Origin: Haliotis cracherodii
Lineage: Eukaryota
Assembly (NCBI RefSeq): GCF_022045235.1
Contig: NW_027266275.1
Location: 79,608,001-79,672,000 of the forward strand
Direction: 5' to 3'
DNA: 64,000 nt
The notes under the pieces are model-generated. The model saw only the letters and a program-made list of their open reading frames with translations. It was not told the origin of the DNA and made no database searches. The translations under genes and the position numbers were made by a program. This document shows positions 42,901-53,640 of the stretch, piece by piece (the stretch's first letter is position 1; every line of letters starts with the position of its first letter).

Positions 42901-45900
42901 GTAAGCTCCAATTATGTTGTAGATAAACCTTGTCAGACCACAGAGAAGGGTCCCTATCATTATTTCTTCATCTTCTATTGTGGTATGGTCAGGTAGCCTA
43001 ATAGTTAAAGTGTTTGCTCGTCACGCCGAAGACTCTGGTTCAATTCCCGACATGGGTACAATGTATGAAGCCTATTTCTGGTGTCCCCGGGTGTGATATT
43101 GCTGGAATATTGCTAAAGGCGGCGTAATACCATACTCACTCTCACTCATTCATCTTTTGTGTTTCCAGGTATGGTGCGCACACACTGAACCAGCCCAGTG
43201 GCTTCTGCTTCACATGGTCAGGGGTACGAGCCTCGCACGGTATCTGCAAGGGGAAAGGTTTCTTTGAGGTCCACATCACAGAGCACCTGCCAGTGGACTT
43301 TGGTGATGACCACAATGAAACTGACCCTCACATCATCCGAGTTGGCTGGTCAATAGATTCATCGTCATTCCAGTTAGGTAAGATCAGCTGATGTTCCACA
43401 TACTAATGCAGTGTTATATTACCAACATTACTGTTCTTCCGGGGGGATTCCATGGCACAATACACCCAGAGTTCTCCATGCTTGTCAACTAGTGAAAAAT
43501 CAGTGCTTACAAGATGAGACCTGGCTGATTTTATGTCCTTGTACCCTGACACATCTTACTTAGGCAAGGAGCGTTAACTGACTATAAACTGACTTGCCAA
43601 ACTAGGCTGGAATTTTCAGGTTTGATCGTAGCGCCCCCAGGGAGTTATTTCCCTTATCTGTCCCTCCTATTGACCAATCAGTGTGTGGATCATTGCACAT
43701 GCTATCAGCCACTGGTTTGTATGGCCCGGATTCTTTTAGTTTATATGCCTTTGTGCTGACTTCAACATGAAACAATGAAAGCCATATACAATCACTTACG
43801 TGATAATCACTTACGTCTCCAATAATAATGACTTACTATCAACACTATTGCCGATGTGACGTTAAACTATAACTCACTCACTCACTACTATCAACACTGT
43901 TGGCTGCCATATCTTGATGTACAACTTTTTGCCTTCTTAGTCATGTTTATGATTTTTAATACATTTTGTTTTAGGAGAAGAACCTTGGTCTTATGGTTAC
44001 GGTGGTACTGGCAAATTTTCAACAAATAATAAATTCTCCAATTATGGTGAAAAATTTGAGGTTGGGGATGTCATCGGTGCCATGTTGGACTTAGATGACC
44101 GTCCAGCTAAAATCTCCTACATGAAGAATGGCCGATATTTAGGGGTAGCTATCCCACTTCACAGCTACCCTGTGGGTAACAAAGACATGGCGCTGTTCCC
44201 GCACATTCTGTCCAAAAACTGTAGGCAAGTACAACATAATGAGATCAAAATATTCCGCTATTTTTGTCTTTTGAAGTAGTTTTAAATGTTAACATACCAC
44301 AGACAAGCAACAACCAGTATCAAAGTTGCAGGAACTGACTTTGTATTTGACGTATGAGTCTGTCTGTTGTCTGTGTGTCCCCCTCTCTCAGTCGACCATG
44401 GCTGTGTAATGTTATGTTGAGTGGTGTATATCAATGCTGTTAAGAGTTAGAGTTTTCAGGAGCCATTTCACGTGAAGACAGATTCCATGTAATCTCAATA
44501 TTATGCAATATATATCATCACTGGCAGAGACTTGATTACTTACATGGTGCCATTATATAGCTGGCTGGAATATTGCTGAGTGCGAAATTAAACAACAAAC
44601 AATGTGCTAGATCCTGTAAAATGAGAGGACGTTTACCGTACGATATATGTAATCTCAAGTCTAATTTCTTGTGCCATTTGTTTCAGATTTCAAGTGAATC
44701 TCGGTCAGATCGACCCTTGGTTTCCGCCCCCTGCCATGTATCAATACATCGGTCAGACTACAGACAAAGTTAGGGGGATGAAAGAGCCAGAGAAAATCTC
44801 TGATTGTGAGGTGAGGATCAATAAATTCATTTATAGATACAAAAAATCCTCCATATATGTGTCCAGATATGTATATGTACCATGTATACCGTAAAACGTG
44901 AAATTTAAGTTAGCATGAAATTATTGCAAAATATGGAAACGAATGTCTCTTGCTCACTTTAATCTTTATACTCAGTTTAATCATTATCATAATACTTTGC
45001 GGTTCTTATTAATTGTTGGGGCCGGTCGGGTAGCCTTGTGGTTAAAGCGTTTGCTCATCACGCCGAAGACTCGGGTTCAATTCCCGACATGGTTACAATG
45101 TGTGAAGCCCATTTCTGGTGTCTCCCACAGTGATATTGCTGGTATATTGCTCAAAGCGACATAAAACCATACTCACTCATTATTGTTTGTTGACTTTCAA
45201 TAAATCTGTTGTATAACGTCAGTGACGTGTATATGTAAATGCTCCTTTTATCAACTGATAAATTGTTCGTTTTCAGATGATAATGATTGTTGGACTGCCA
45301 GGTGCAGGAAAGACAACATGGGGACTGAACATGTACAAGAACCATCCTGAGAAACGATACAACATCATTGGTACAGACACCTTGATAGAGAAGATGAGGG
45401 TGATGGGCCTGCCAAGGAAGCGGAACTACCACGGACGTTGGGAAGTTCTCATCAACAAGGCATCGCAATGTCTCAACAAACTCTTCACCATTGGTGAGGT
45501 TCACTTTGATTTGGAGTAAAGTGTCAAGAACAGGTGTAGACATTGGGTTAACGTAACTGGTGCTCCCTCATGGTTGTAATACTAGCAGAATCGATACCCT
45601 TATATGCCATGCTTTTCAGTCGGATACAAGAAAAGGGATGCTGAGCAATGAGAGAATTGCATCAATAACCACCATCTACTGTGATGTACTGTCATCTGGC
45701 GACCTGTGAAGATCCAGATTAGAATAGGTCTTCAGCAACCCATGCTTGCCGTAAAAGGCGACTATGCTTGTCGTAAGAGGTAACTAACAGGATCGGTTGA
45801 TCAGGCTCGCTGACTTGGTTGATGCATGTCATTGTATCTCAATTGCTCTTGATGCCAATCACTGGATTGTCCGGTCCAGACTTGATTATTTACAGACCGC

Positions 45901-48900
45901 CGTCATATAGCTGGAATGTTGCTGAGTGTAGCGTTAAACAACGAATGAACGAACAAACTATTCTGACACTAACCATTGAGTGATATTTAAAGCTTTGCCT
46001 CTGCTGTTTCAGCTGGGAAGAGAAAGAGAAACTACATCTTAGACCAGACAAACGTGTACCCATCTGCCAGGAGGAAGAAGATGAGAAACTTCAATGGGTT
46101 CTACAGAATTGCTGCTGTCCTGCAGCCAGATGATGCAGAACTGTTGCGAAGGTCACACAAGAGGACCGTGGAAGATGGTAATATATTTATATCCTGAGCA
46201 CATGATCATTTTATTCCTATTATCAGAATGTTAGCACTAAGGCTGTGTCACTGTGGTGCAACAGTTGCGACTTAATCTTTGATCAATTAATCAAAGTGCA
46301 GGGTTAGAAATTGGCAGTAAAGTACTCACGGAAATGAAAAAAAACTTTTTCTCAATTCAAAAATCGACACAAAGTGTTACGTAGCTGTAAATACGAAATA
46401 ACAAAACAACTCGAAAAGTACTAGTCTGGATTTGCTAGTTTGACCTCAGTGAACAATACCAAATGTACTTTACAGGAGGTAATTTGTCGGCACTTTCAAC
46501 ATTCAAAAATAAAACTAAGTCCAAATTGACATAGCAGAAACAGACTATAGGCATTACGCACCTGTTCTCACCTGTCGTCAAGATGTCATAGGTCACCTTG
46601 ATCTACTTACACCTGGTTATGCCCTGTTTCACAAAAGTCTGTTTTATTCACATTTTTACACACTTTTACGTGTAAAAAGGCATAAAAACATTTGATACGC
46701 TGTATTTGTGCCACGGCCCAATAAGTACTAATTTAGTTGTTTGAATATTTACATATTTTGTATATTAACTGCAATAATTTAAGATCTGAGGTCGAAAAAA
46801 CAGTTTTTTTTTCATTTCCGTGAGTACTTTAGTCCTATAGTCCTTGCCAAACTGCCCAATGGTAAAGGTATCACAAGGACTAGTAGAAAATTGCCCTTTT
46901 TAAGGGTTTTGCTATATGTTATCATTATAAGGACTAGTGGAAGAAAACTGTTAGTTTCTAATGCTGAAGTGGCTAGAGTATTTCTAGCCATGCTGCACTC
47001 TACATGGTCATGTTGTGTGAAGTCAGTTCTTCGAGCCGACATAGTTGTAATGATGCTTGATAGACCGCTACATCACTCACTCTTCTAAGTGAAAGCTTTC
47101 AAGTAAATGATGCTCAACTGGAGACTTTTTTTGATGATGTTCAACACTTAATATTGGGACAGTAGGGTAGCCTTGTGGTTAAAGCAATTCTTGTCTTGCT
47201 GAAACTCAGGGCTTGATTCTCCACTCTTCTGGAATATTGCTAAGAGTGGAGTAAAATAATTCACTGTGGTTAGCCTGGGATTTCTGTTTCATGCCCGAGA
47301 CCCAAGAGAATTTAGGGTCTGAGTGATACCAGGACTCCCAATAAGATGACCCATGAAGATCCGGGGTAGAATAGGTCTTCAGCAACCCATGCTTGCCCTA
47401 AAAGGCGACTATGCTTGTCGTAAAAGGCAACTAACGGGATCATCGGGTGATCAGGCTCGCTGACTTGGTTGATGCATGTCATCGATCCCAATTGCGTGGA
47501 TTGATGCTCATGATATTAATCACTGGATTGTCTGGTCCAGACTCGATTATTTACAGACCGCCATCATTTCGCTGGAATATTGCTGAGTGCGGCGTTAAAC
47601 AACAAACCAACCAACCAGCCAATAAGATAGACCCAGGTAAATCTCTGCTCACTCACTTGCTCCCACTGCTGGTTTGCAGGTAAAATAGTTCCCGAGGAAG
47701 CCGTTCTGGAGATGAAAGCCAACTTCACCCTGCCGGAAGATCGAGACAATCTGTTTGACAGGATTGACTTTGTGGAGTTGAACAAGGACCAGATAGTGAC
47801 ACTTGTTCAGCAGTGAGTAACACACTTATTGGTTTGACAACATTGCAGATAACAAGGTAAAGGGTAGACAACTGTGTATTCCTCCACCTTGTGTTGGGTC
47901 TCAGTGATACTGCGTCCATATTTAACTATGGGAGTTATGAAAAGTCGTAGAGCCCTGGTCTCCTTGAGAAGCAGTTTCCTCCAAACCTGCTCAATTAGGA
48001 GGCATTTACTGTGAAATTGGTGTACGTTTGGCAGTGTTTCTGTGCTGTAATTGACCACTCCCACAATAGGATGATAAAAGACCTGTGAAGATCTGGGGTA
48101 GAATGCTTGCCGTAAAAGGCGACTATGCCTGTCATAAGAGGCGACTAACGGAACCAGGTGGTCATGCTTGCTGACTTGGTTGATGCATGTTATCATATCC
48201 CAATTGAGATCAATGCTCATGATGTCAATCATTGGATTGTCTAGTCCAGACTCGATTATTTACGGACCGTCGTCATATAGCTGGAATAATGCTGAATGTG
48301 GCGTTAAACAACAAACAAAAAGATGATAATAATGTTGTTTTTAATTTTTTAATTAATTTCCAGATACAACAAGGAGGGCCAGGAGAAGCGGCCACCCAGA
48401 GAGGCTGTGTTCAGACATGACAGCAGGAATCAGGTAGGCATGGTGGGCTTTAGGGCTGGGAAGAGTCAAATTTACTACCTGGGTACCCAGCCCTCTATTA
48501 CCCAACCCTACCCACTGTAGGTCTCAAGAGATGAGGGCGGTCGGGTAGCCCACTGGTTAAAGCATTTGCTCGTCACGCCGAAGACCCGGGTTCGATTCCC
48601 AACATGGGTACAATGTGTGAATCCCAATTCTGGTGTCCCCTGCTGTGATATTGCTTGAATATTGCTAAAAGCAGCGTAAAACCATAAACTCACTCACTCA
48701 CTCACTCACTCACTCACTCACTCACTCACTCAAAGAGGTGAGTACTAAATGTGTGGTTGGGAATAGTTTTACTGAAACCCTGGAAATAAGTATTTAGATA
48801 CACACATCAAGTGATCTTGTCACACATACACTGAAGTTGACTGAAGCTTTGTCTTTATTCAAACATATACAAGTCAGAAGGAATGCGTGCATGGTCGGAA

Positions 48901-51900
48901 AGAAATGTGAACAGATAATTCTAGATGACTAACCACGGGTCCAGGTAGTCCAGTTGACACGTCCCAGCCCTACTTCTTAGAGCAGATAGCAAGGAGGGGT
49001 CTGTTTCCTGATTGCCGTAAGAGTTGACTGTAATTCATATTTTGGGTTCACAATCACTGCTGTGTAGGGCCATCTGAATGGGTGACGATCAGGAAGCTCA
49101 GCTCACTAAGGGTTGTCATCATTGTTTGACATGGTTTATCATTGTACATACCAGGGACTGACACTACCAGGGATAAAACCAGGGCTCGAGACACCAGTAG
49201 GTTATAGCATGAGAAACAATCCACATTGGGGTACAATGACATGCAATCAGCCAGGTCACACATAATGATTGATTCTCTGTTCAGTGGCCTCTTTGATAAA
49301 CATGGGACCCATGAAGATCCGGGGTAGACAAGGTCTTCAGCAACCCATGCTTGTCGTAAAAGGCAACTATGCTTGTCGCAAGAGGCGTCTAACGGAATAG
49401 GGTGGTCAGACTTGCTGACTTGGTTGACTCTTGTCATCGTATCCCAACTGCGGGGATTGATGCTCATGATGTCAATCCCTGGATTGTCTGGTCCAGACTC
49501 GATTATTTACAGACCGCGGTCACATAGCTGGAATATTGCTGAGTGCGGCATTAAACAACAAACAAAGAAAGCATGGATACTTACAACCATTTATGCCCCC
49601 ACAGGCTAGACACTAGGGAAAACACTTGGTCAAGTAAGCACAGCTAAAAATAGTCCACATGATAACACTAAATTCAACTGAAAAGTATGCTAAGAGACAA
49701 TTTCGATCTGCAGTGTTTAGCACAGATATCAGTGATGATGCACACACGATATTTTCTGATATGTTCACTGATGTAACTTCATATCTGAATAAATGCAAAA
49801 TTACACTTTTATTTGAAGATGAGTTGTCTTACAAATTTAGAATTTTTGTGTATCTTTCGCAGCACAACTTCAGATCAGGAGACAGCCACCCCCCTCGAAA
49901 CCATTCACCCCGGCAAGGTCAGGGCAGATACCAAGACCAGCAGCACCAAGGGTACGACAGTGGGAGACAGGACAGAGGGTACCAGTCCCGGGGAGGGTAT
50001 CAGCGAGGCTTTGAGTCAAACGAACCCCCCAGCAAGAGAACCAAGCAGGAGTCGGGCAGTGCCCTTGACTTCATCAAGGAGTACGGAGGAGGAGAGGAGG
50101 ATCCCACGGCACAAGCAGCGGCAGTGGCGGCGGCAGCGGCTGCTGCAGCTGCAGGGGTTGCAGCAGGAGCATGGGCAGACAAACTTCCGGTGAAAGAGGA
50201 ACTTAAGTGGAATCCGGGACAGTACAGCTGGTCTCAGCAGCAGTATGGGGACTCCAGAAGAACACCAGCATTGCCTCAACAGGACTTCAACCAGATGTTC
50301 CCACCTTCTGGGGATCAGCAACGTCAGAACAGTGCTGGTACACCTGAAGGGAGAGGAGGAGGGGGGTCTCAGAGGTGGCCGCCATTTGGCAGTGATGTAC
50401 AGCAGAACTGGCAGAACAGAGAACAAGCTGACAGGAAACCATGGCAACAGAGTAGTGATGATCAATACAGTCAAGAAAGCAACAATGCACAAGATAGTGC
50501 AAGGGGTTCTGGAAACGGAAGAGGTTTTGGTAATCAGCAAAATGCACCAGGAGGTTTTGGTGGTCAGCAAAGTAGCCTTGGTAGTCATCAGAGTGGTTAT
50601 GGAAGTCAGCAAGGTGGCTATGGAGGTCAACAGGAGTCAAGGAACTACAGCAATCAAGAATCAAGACAGTTTGGACAAAACGAGTCCCGAAAGTTTGGTC
50701 ACCAAGAGTCAAAGAACTTTGGCCAACAGAATTCCAGGAACTTTAGTCAGCAGGGCCAGTCAGGATTGGACAGGAACTACGGCCAGTCAGGACACTCTGG
50801 CGGCTATGGTGGATCCAGCTTTGGTAGGCAGCAAGAAGGTTCTTCGGATAATTTTGGTAGTCAACAGAGAATGGGTGGGTTTGGCGGACCTCCTTCATAT
50901 GGTGGCCCTGGCTCCGGAGACAGAGACAGAGACCGAGACAGAGATAATCGATCAGATCATTCTCCATACAATAGAGGAAATAGTGCTGAATCTCGTAGGG
51001 ATTCAGGTCGAGAAAACTACAACCAGTTCACTGGCCCTCCACCTCCACCACCTCAGGAACCAGAGAGGGACAGATTCGAGAGGGGTCAGGCTTTCCGACC
51101 TGACGATTTCTCCTCTGACAAGGCAGCTACAGGACTGAAGCCATATGATGCAGCTGGGAGTCGAAGTAAAGATGGCTCCAAGACTGGAGCCAATGGGGAA
51201 AGAGTCCGTCGGAGGAAGAGCAAGTGGGATACACCAAGCACGGATCCTCCCAGTAACCCAGACACACCCTCTCTTATAGAAATGTCTGATATCCTTTCAG
51301 CCGAGGTGAAACTTGAGCCAGGTTGTGATCGAAGTGATCAGCAACAGTATTCAGAAGAGAAAATTGAGCAAAATTTTAATAATCTCTCTAGTGCTAATGA
51401 CTCTCCAGATAAATTTGCACAAGTGGACTTTAATAGACCACCTCCTAACAGTTCATGGAGGAACAGCCAAAACGAACAAGACCAGGTTCAAAACCAAAGT
51501 TCCAATTTTGAGAGAGGTAGACCCAATATGAGAGGAGATAACATATCCTCTAGTAATCAATATCGATCTGACAATCACTATGGTGGTGAAGCTCAAAGTC
51601 GAGGCTATCCTTCAAATCAGCATGGTGGGCCAGGTTCCCATGGTAACCCAGGTGTGCGTCCTCCCTTTGAGCCTCGTCACCAACAAGGAGGATCCCGAGG
51701 AGGAAATCGAGGCCCTCCGCTTAACTTTGGCCAAGGTGGTCCACGATCATTTAGGCCTAGAAATCCACAAGATTTTGGTGGTCCTCCAGGGGGATGGAAT
51801 CAGAATCGTCCCCGGTTTGGTCCTCGCGGTCCTGGTACCCGTCCTCCATTCAACCCCAGATTTGGTCCTGATGGAGGTCAGCGATTTCCCCGTCCGCCTG

Positions 51901-51926
51901 GTCAGCCAAGGTTTCAGCGACCTTGA
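39644..51926 (+). CDS. HNRNPUL1: hnRNP U / hnRNP U-like 1 family protein (SPRY + P-loop + long low-complexity tail); 10 coding exons, 3645 nt, 1214 aa
   Basis: join(39644-39924,41448-41579,43169-43377,43975-44224,44687-44810,45277-45493,46013-46177,47680-47812,48364-48433,49863-51926); phases consistent. Motifs [39 protein letters not shown], Walker [32 protein letters not shown]. The symbol is family-level; orthology is not established. Confidence 0.9.
41448..41579 (+). CDS. HNRNPUL1: hnRNP U-like exon (start of SPRY)
   Basis: EEEPPI...[17 protein letters not shown]. Confidence 0.88.
41598..41770. repeat. 24-bp tandem repeat (aaccataacctggaacaactcatt), ~7 copies
   Basis: Seen directly, starting ~20 nt after the donor at 41580. 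Confidence 0.85.
41885..42644 (-). mobile_element. Terminal-hairpin element family B, copy 2
   Basis: Reverse complement of 19195-19950 over its full length. Confidence 0.9.
42985..43148 (+). mobile_element. tRNA-derived SINE S2
   Basis: Family match; tail ends ~20 nt before the acceptor at 43168. Confidence 0.9.
43169..43377 (+). CDS. HNRNPUL1: hnRNP U-like exon (SPRY)
   Basis: [23 protein letters not shown]...PHIIRVGWS. Confidence 0.93.
43975..44224 (+). CDS. HNRNPUL1: hnRNP U-like exon (SPRY), ending at a GC donor
   Basis: [13 protein letters not shown]...[10 protein letters not shown]; ag|gcaagt. Confidence 0.92.
44687..44810 (+). CDS. HNRNPUL1: hnRNP U-like exon (linker)
   Basis: [15 protein letters not shown]...ISDCE. 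Confidence 0.92.
45018..45180 (+). mobile_element. tRNA-derived SINE S2
   Basis: Family match. Confidence 0.9.
45277..45493 (+). CDS. HNRNPUL1: hnRNP U-like exon (P-loop)
   Basis: [15 protein letters not shown]...[17 protein letters not shown]. Confidence 0.95.
45701..45958 (+). mobile_element. Repeat family S1 copy
   Basis: Family match. Confidence 0.9.
46013..46177 (+). CDS. HNRNPUL1: hnRNP U-like exon (Walker B region)
   Basis: [25 protein letters not shown]. Confidence 0.95.
46320..46829. mobile_element. MITE with ~27-bp TIR aagtactcacggaaatgaaaaaaaa
   Basis: TIRs at both ends; TA (or imperfect TTAA) flanks. Confidence 0.8.
47348..47620 (+). mobile_element. Repeat family S1, full copy
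   Basis: Family match. Confidence 0.9.
47680..47812 (+). CDS. HNRNPUL1: hnRNP U-like exon
   Basis: [19 protein letters not shown]...FVEL. Confidence 0.94.
48080..48320 (+). mobile_element. Repeat family S1 copy
   Basis: Family match. Confidence 0.88.
48364..48433 (+). CDS. HNRNPUL1: hnRNP U-like exon
   Basis: [13 protein letters not shown]...; phases match neighbours. Confidence 0.9.
48534..48732 (+). mobile_element. tRNA-derived SINE S2 with expanded (ACTC)n tail
   Basis: Family match; flanked by agag(a/g)tgag direct repeats. Confidence 0.92.
49305..49566 (+). mobile_element. Repeat family S1, full copy
   Basis: Family match. Confidence 0.9.
49863..51926 (+). CDS. HNRNPUL1: hnRNP U-like terminal exon; 687 aa of Q/G/S/N/R/P-rich low complexity
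   Basis: Acceptor ctttcgcag at 49862, in frame with ORF 49659-51926. Confidence 0.9.
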   Translation, partial: HNFRSGDSHPPRNHSPRQGQGRYQDQQHQGYDSGRQDRGYQSRGGYQRGFESNEPPSKRTKQESGSALDFIKEYGGGEEDPTAQAAAVAAAAAAAAAGVAAGAWADKLPVKEELKWNPGQYSWSQQQYGDSRRTPALPQQDFNQMFPPSGDQQRQNSAGTPEGRGGGGSQRWPPFGSDVQQNWQNREQADRKPWQQSSDDQYSQESNNAQDSARGSGNGRGFGNQQNAPGGFGGQQSSLGSHQSGYGSQQGGYGGQQESRNYSNQESRQFGQNESRKFGHQESKNFGQQNSRNFSQQGQSGLDRNYGQSGHSGGYGGSSFGRQQEGSSDNFGSQQRMGGFGGPPSYGGPGSGDRDRDRDRDNRSDHSPYNRGNSAESRRDSGRENYNQFTGPPPPPPQEPERDRFERGQAFRPDDFSSDKAATGLKPYDAAGSRSKDGSKTGANGERVRRRKSKWDTPSTDPPSNPDTPSLIEMSDILSAEVKLEPGCDRSDQQQYSEEKIEQNFNNLSSANDSPDKFAQVDFNRPPPNSSWRNSQNEQDQVQNQSSNFERGRPNMRGDNISSSNQYRSDNHYGGEAQSRGYPSNQHGGPGSHGNPGVRPPFEPRHQQGGSRGGNRGPPLNFGQGGPRSFRPRNPQDFGGPPGGWNQNRPRFGPRGPGTRPPFNPRFGPDGGQRFPRPPGQPRFQRP

Positions 51927-53634
51927 GAAGAAGACACCTCAAAACATCCCATTACATTTTACTTGTAGAATATTCATCCAAATGTTTTACAGTGCAGTCG
52001 TTTTAATGTCGTGTAACACCCAAGGAAATGAATCGTACTGCTGTCAGACATTTTGCATATGTACAAATTCATTGTTCCACGTTCAGATGAAGCTTTTTGT
52101 GATTGACTTGTTTTTACTTTGCCTAATTCACGACGATGTACAAAGACATTTTTTAATCTCTAGGAGCTGATATCTGAAGTTATTTTTTTCATAGCTTTAT
52201 ATGAAATCTTGATAAAACCATTGAAAGCATAAATAACATGAACTGTTCATTAATGTTGCTTTATATTTGTTGAATTGGTTATCATTAGAATCAGTATCAC
52301 TGTTGTTTTGATAGGATTGATGATCTTCCTGTAGGGATTTGCCAGCGAAAATTATAAATGTGAAAATGTAAGTGTTCAAATATTAATGAAGGGAGGTAAT
52401 TGAGGAAGTAAGCAGGAGGGCCGATTTCATTCAAACTGCTGATAACATTTGCAGCAGTTTCATTAGGAAGGGACTGGGCATATGTTATGTAGGACATAGT
52501 GTTGAGATTGGTCTCAGTACTGTATCATATTTTGCTGATAACCCAACTAAACATGAACTTTTTTAATGCCCCCTCCCACCCACATTTTTTCGTAGAATTT
52601 CAATATAATCGATGACCTGTCCCCTGTCATTTTTTCATGCCCCCCAAATTGTGGTTAAATTTTGGTAATCTAACCTCTCCTCCTCCTCCCTCTCCCCTCT
52701 CTTCTTCTCCCCCCCCCCCCCCCCATAATTAATGACCAGTACTGCATATTCATGTACTGACTACTAGTAAGGTGACACTTATACACTATTACACTATTCT
52801 GTTGTCCTGGGTGTGGATCTTTGACTTTGCCAGCTCTGCGCTGTGTATTTTTCTGTGTATTTCTGCAAAGGAATTCAGTCCGGTTTTGTCATCCTAGTGA
52901 TTCAACCTGTGGTTTATTTGTAAGTATTAAATGAAACAGTATTAGTCAGTAAGGAGGCTAATTTGCTCAATATGCTGCTAGTGTGATCTCGTCAATCCTT
53001 TCCAAATTCCGATCAAGTGATGCTCTGGGATTGACTTGGGAATTGGTGTGGATTCCCTTTTTGTTCTGTATGGTTGCCAGTGTGATTGTTTTGTTTTGAG
53101 TCGGACATGACATGCTGTTTCCATGGATGGGAATAGAAATAAGGGTTTTGTTTGGCCTAATAATGGAAATATTGGATTTCATTGAAATTTTAACAGATCA
53201 ACCCACATTGCCACATTATAAGTGATTTTGATATTTTTCCACAAAAACAGCTGCAGCCACAGGTTGATATCTGTCTTTATTTATATGATGTCCACTTGAA
53301 TGTGCCTAGATAATTGAGGGTTTGATAGAGAGTTTGTATTCAGTTTACTCCTAATATTTGTCTTCTTTCAGGAATTGATAGATGGTTGAATTTGAACAAA
53401 AAAATATTTACTTGAAACAAACCTGTGTAAACAACGTTGTGACGGAACATTGCCACGCATGTTTGTATATTTTGCAAAGGGATTGAATATATGAATATTT
53501 ATATGTTCAAGGATTGTGTTGGGTGCTAAATGACTAAAGACTGTATGCACTTGTCTATCAGGTTAGGTTAGTTCGACTGATGTTAGCTGTACACCTTCAC
53601 TTTACACATTAGTCCAAATTCTGTTTGATTGAAC

Positions 53635-53640
53635 AATAAA
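53635..53640 (+). terminator. Candidate polyadenylation signal AATAAA for the hnRNP U-like gene
   Basis: Ends a ~1.7-kb U-rich, TE-free stretch after the stop codon; GU-rich sequence downstream. Confidence 0.5.

Noticed and set aside
48534-48610. tRNA-Asp-like sequence (and the tRNA-Leu/Ser-like head at 30582)
   Set aside because: The acceptor stem is not intact and the sequence continues into a shared core and microsatellite tail with TSDs, so these are SINE heads rather than tRNA genes.
49659-49862. 5' extension of the 755-aa ORF
   Set aside because: AT-rich intronic sequence upstream of a clear acceptor at 49862.
50000-52170. Alternative-frame and antisense ORFs over the terminal exon
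   Set aside because: Shadow ORFs of a GC-richer low-complexity coding exon.
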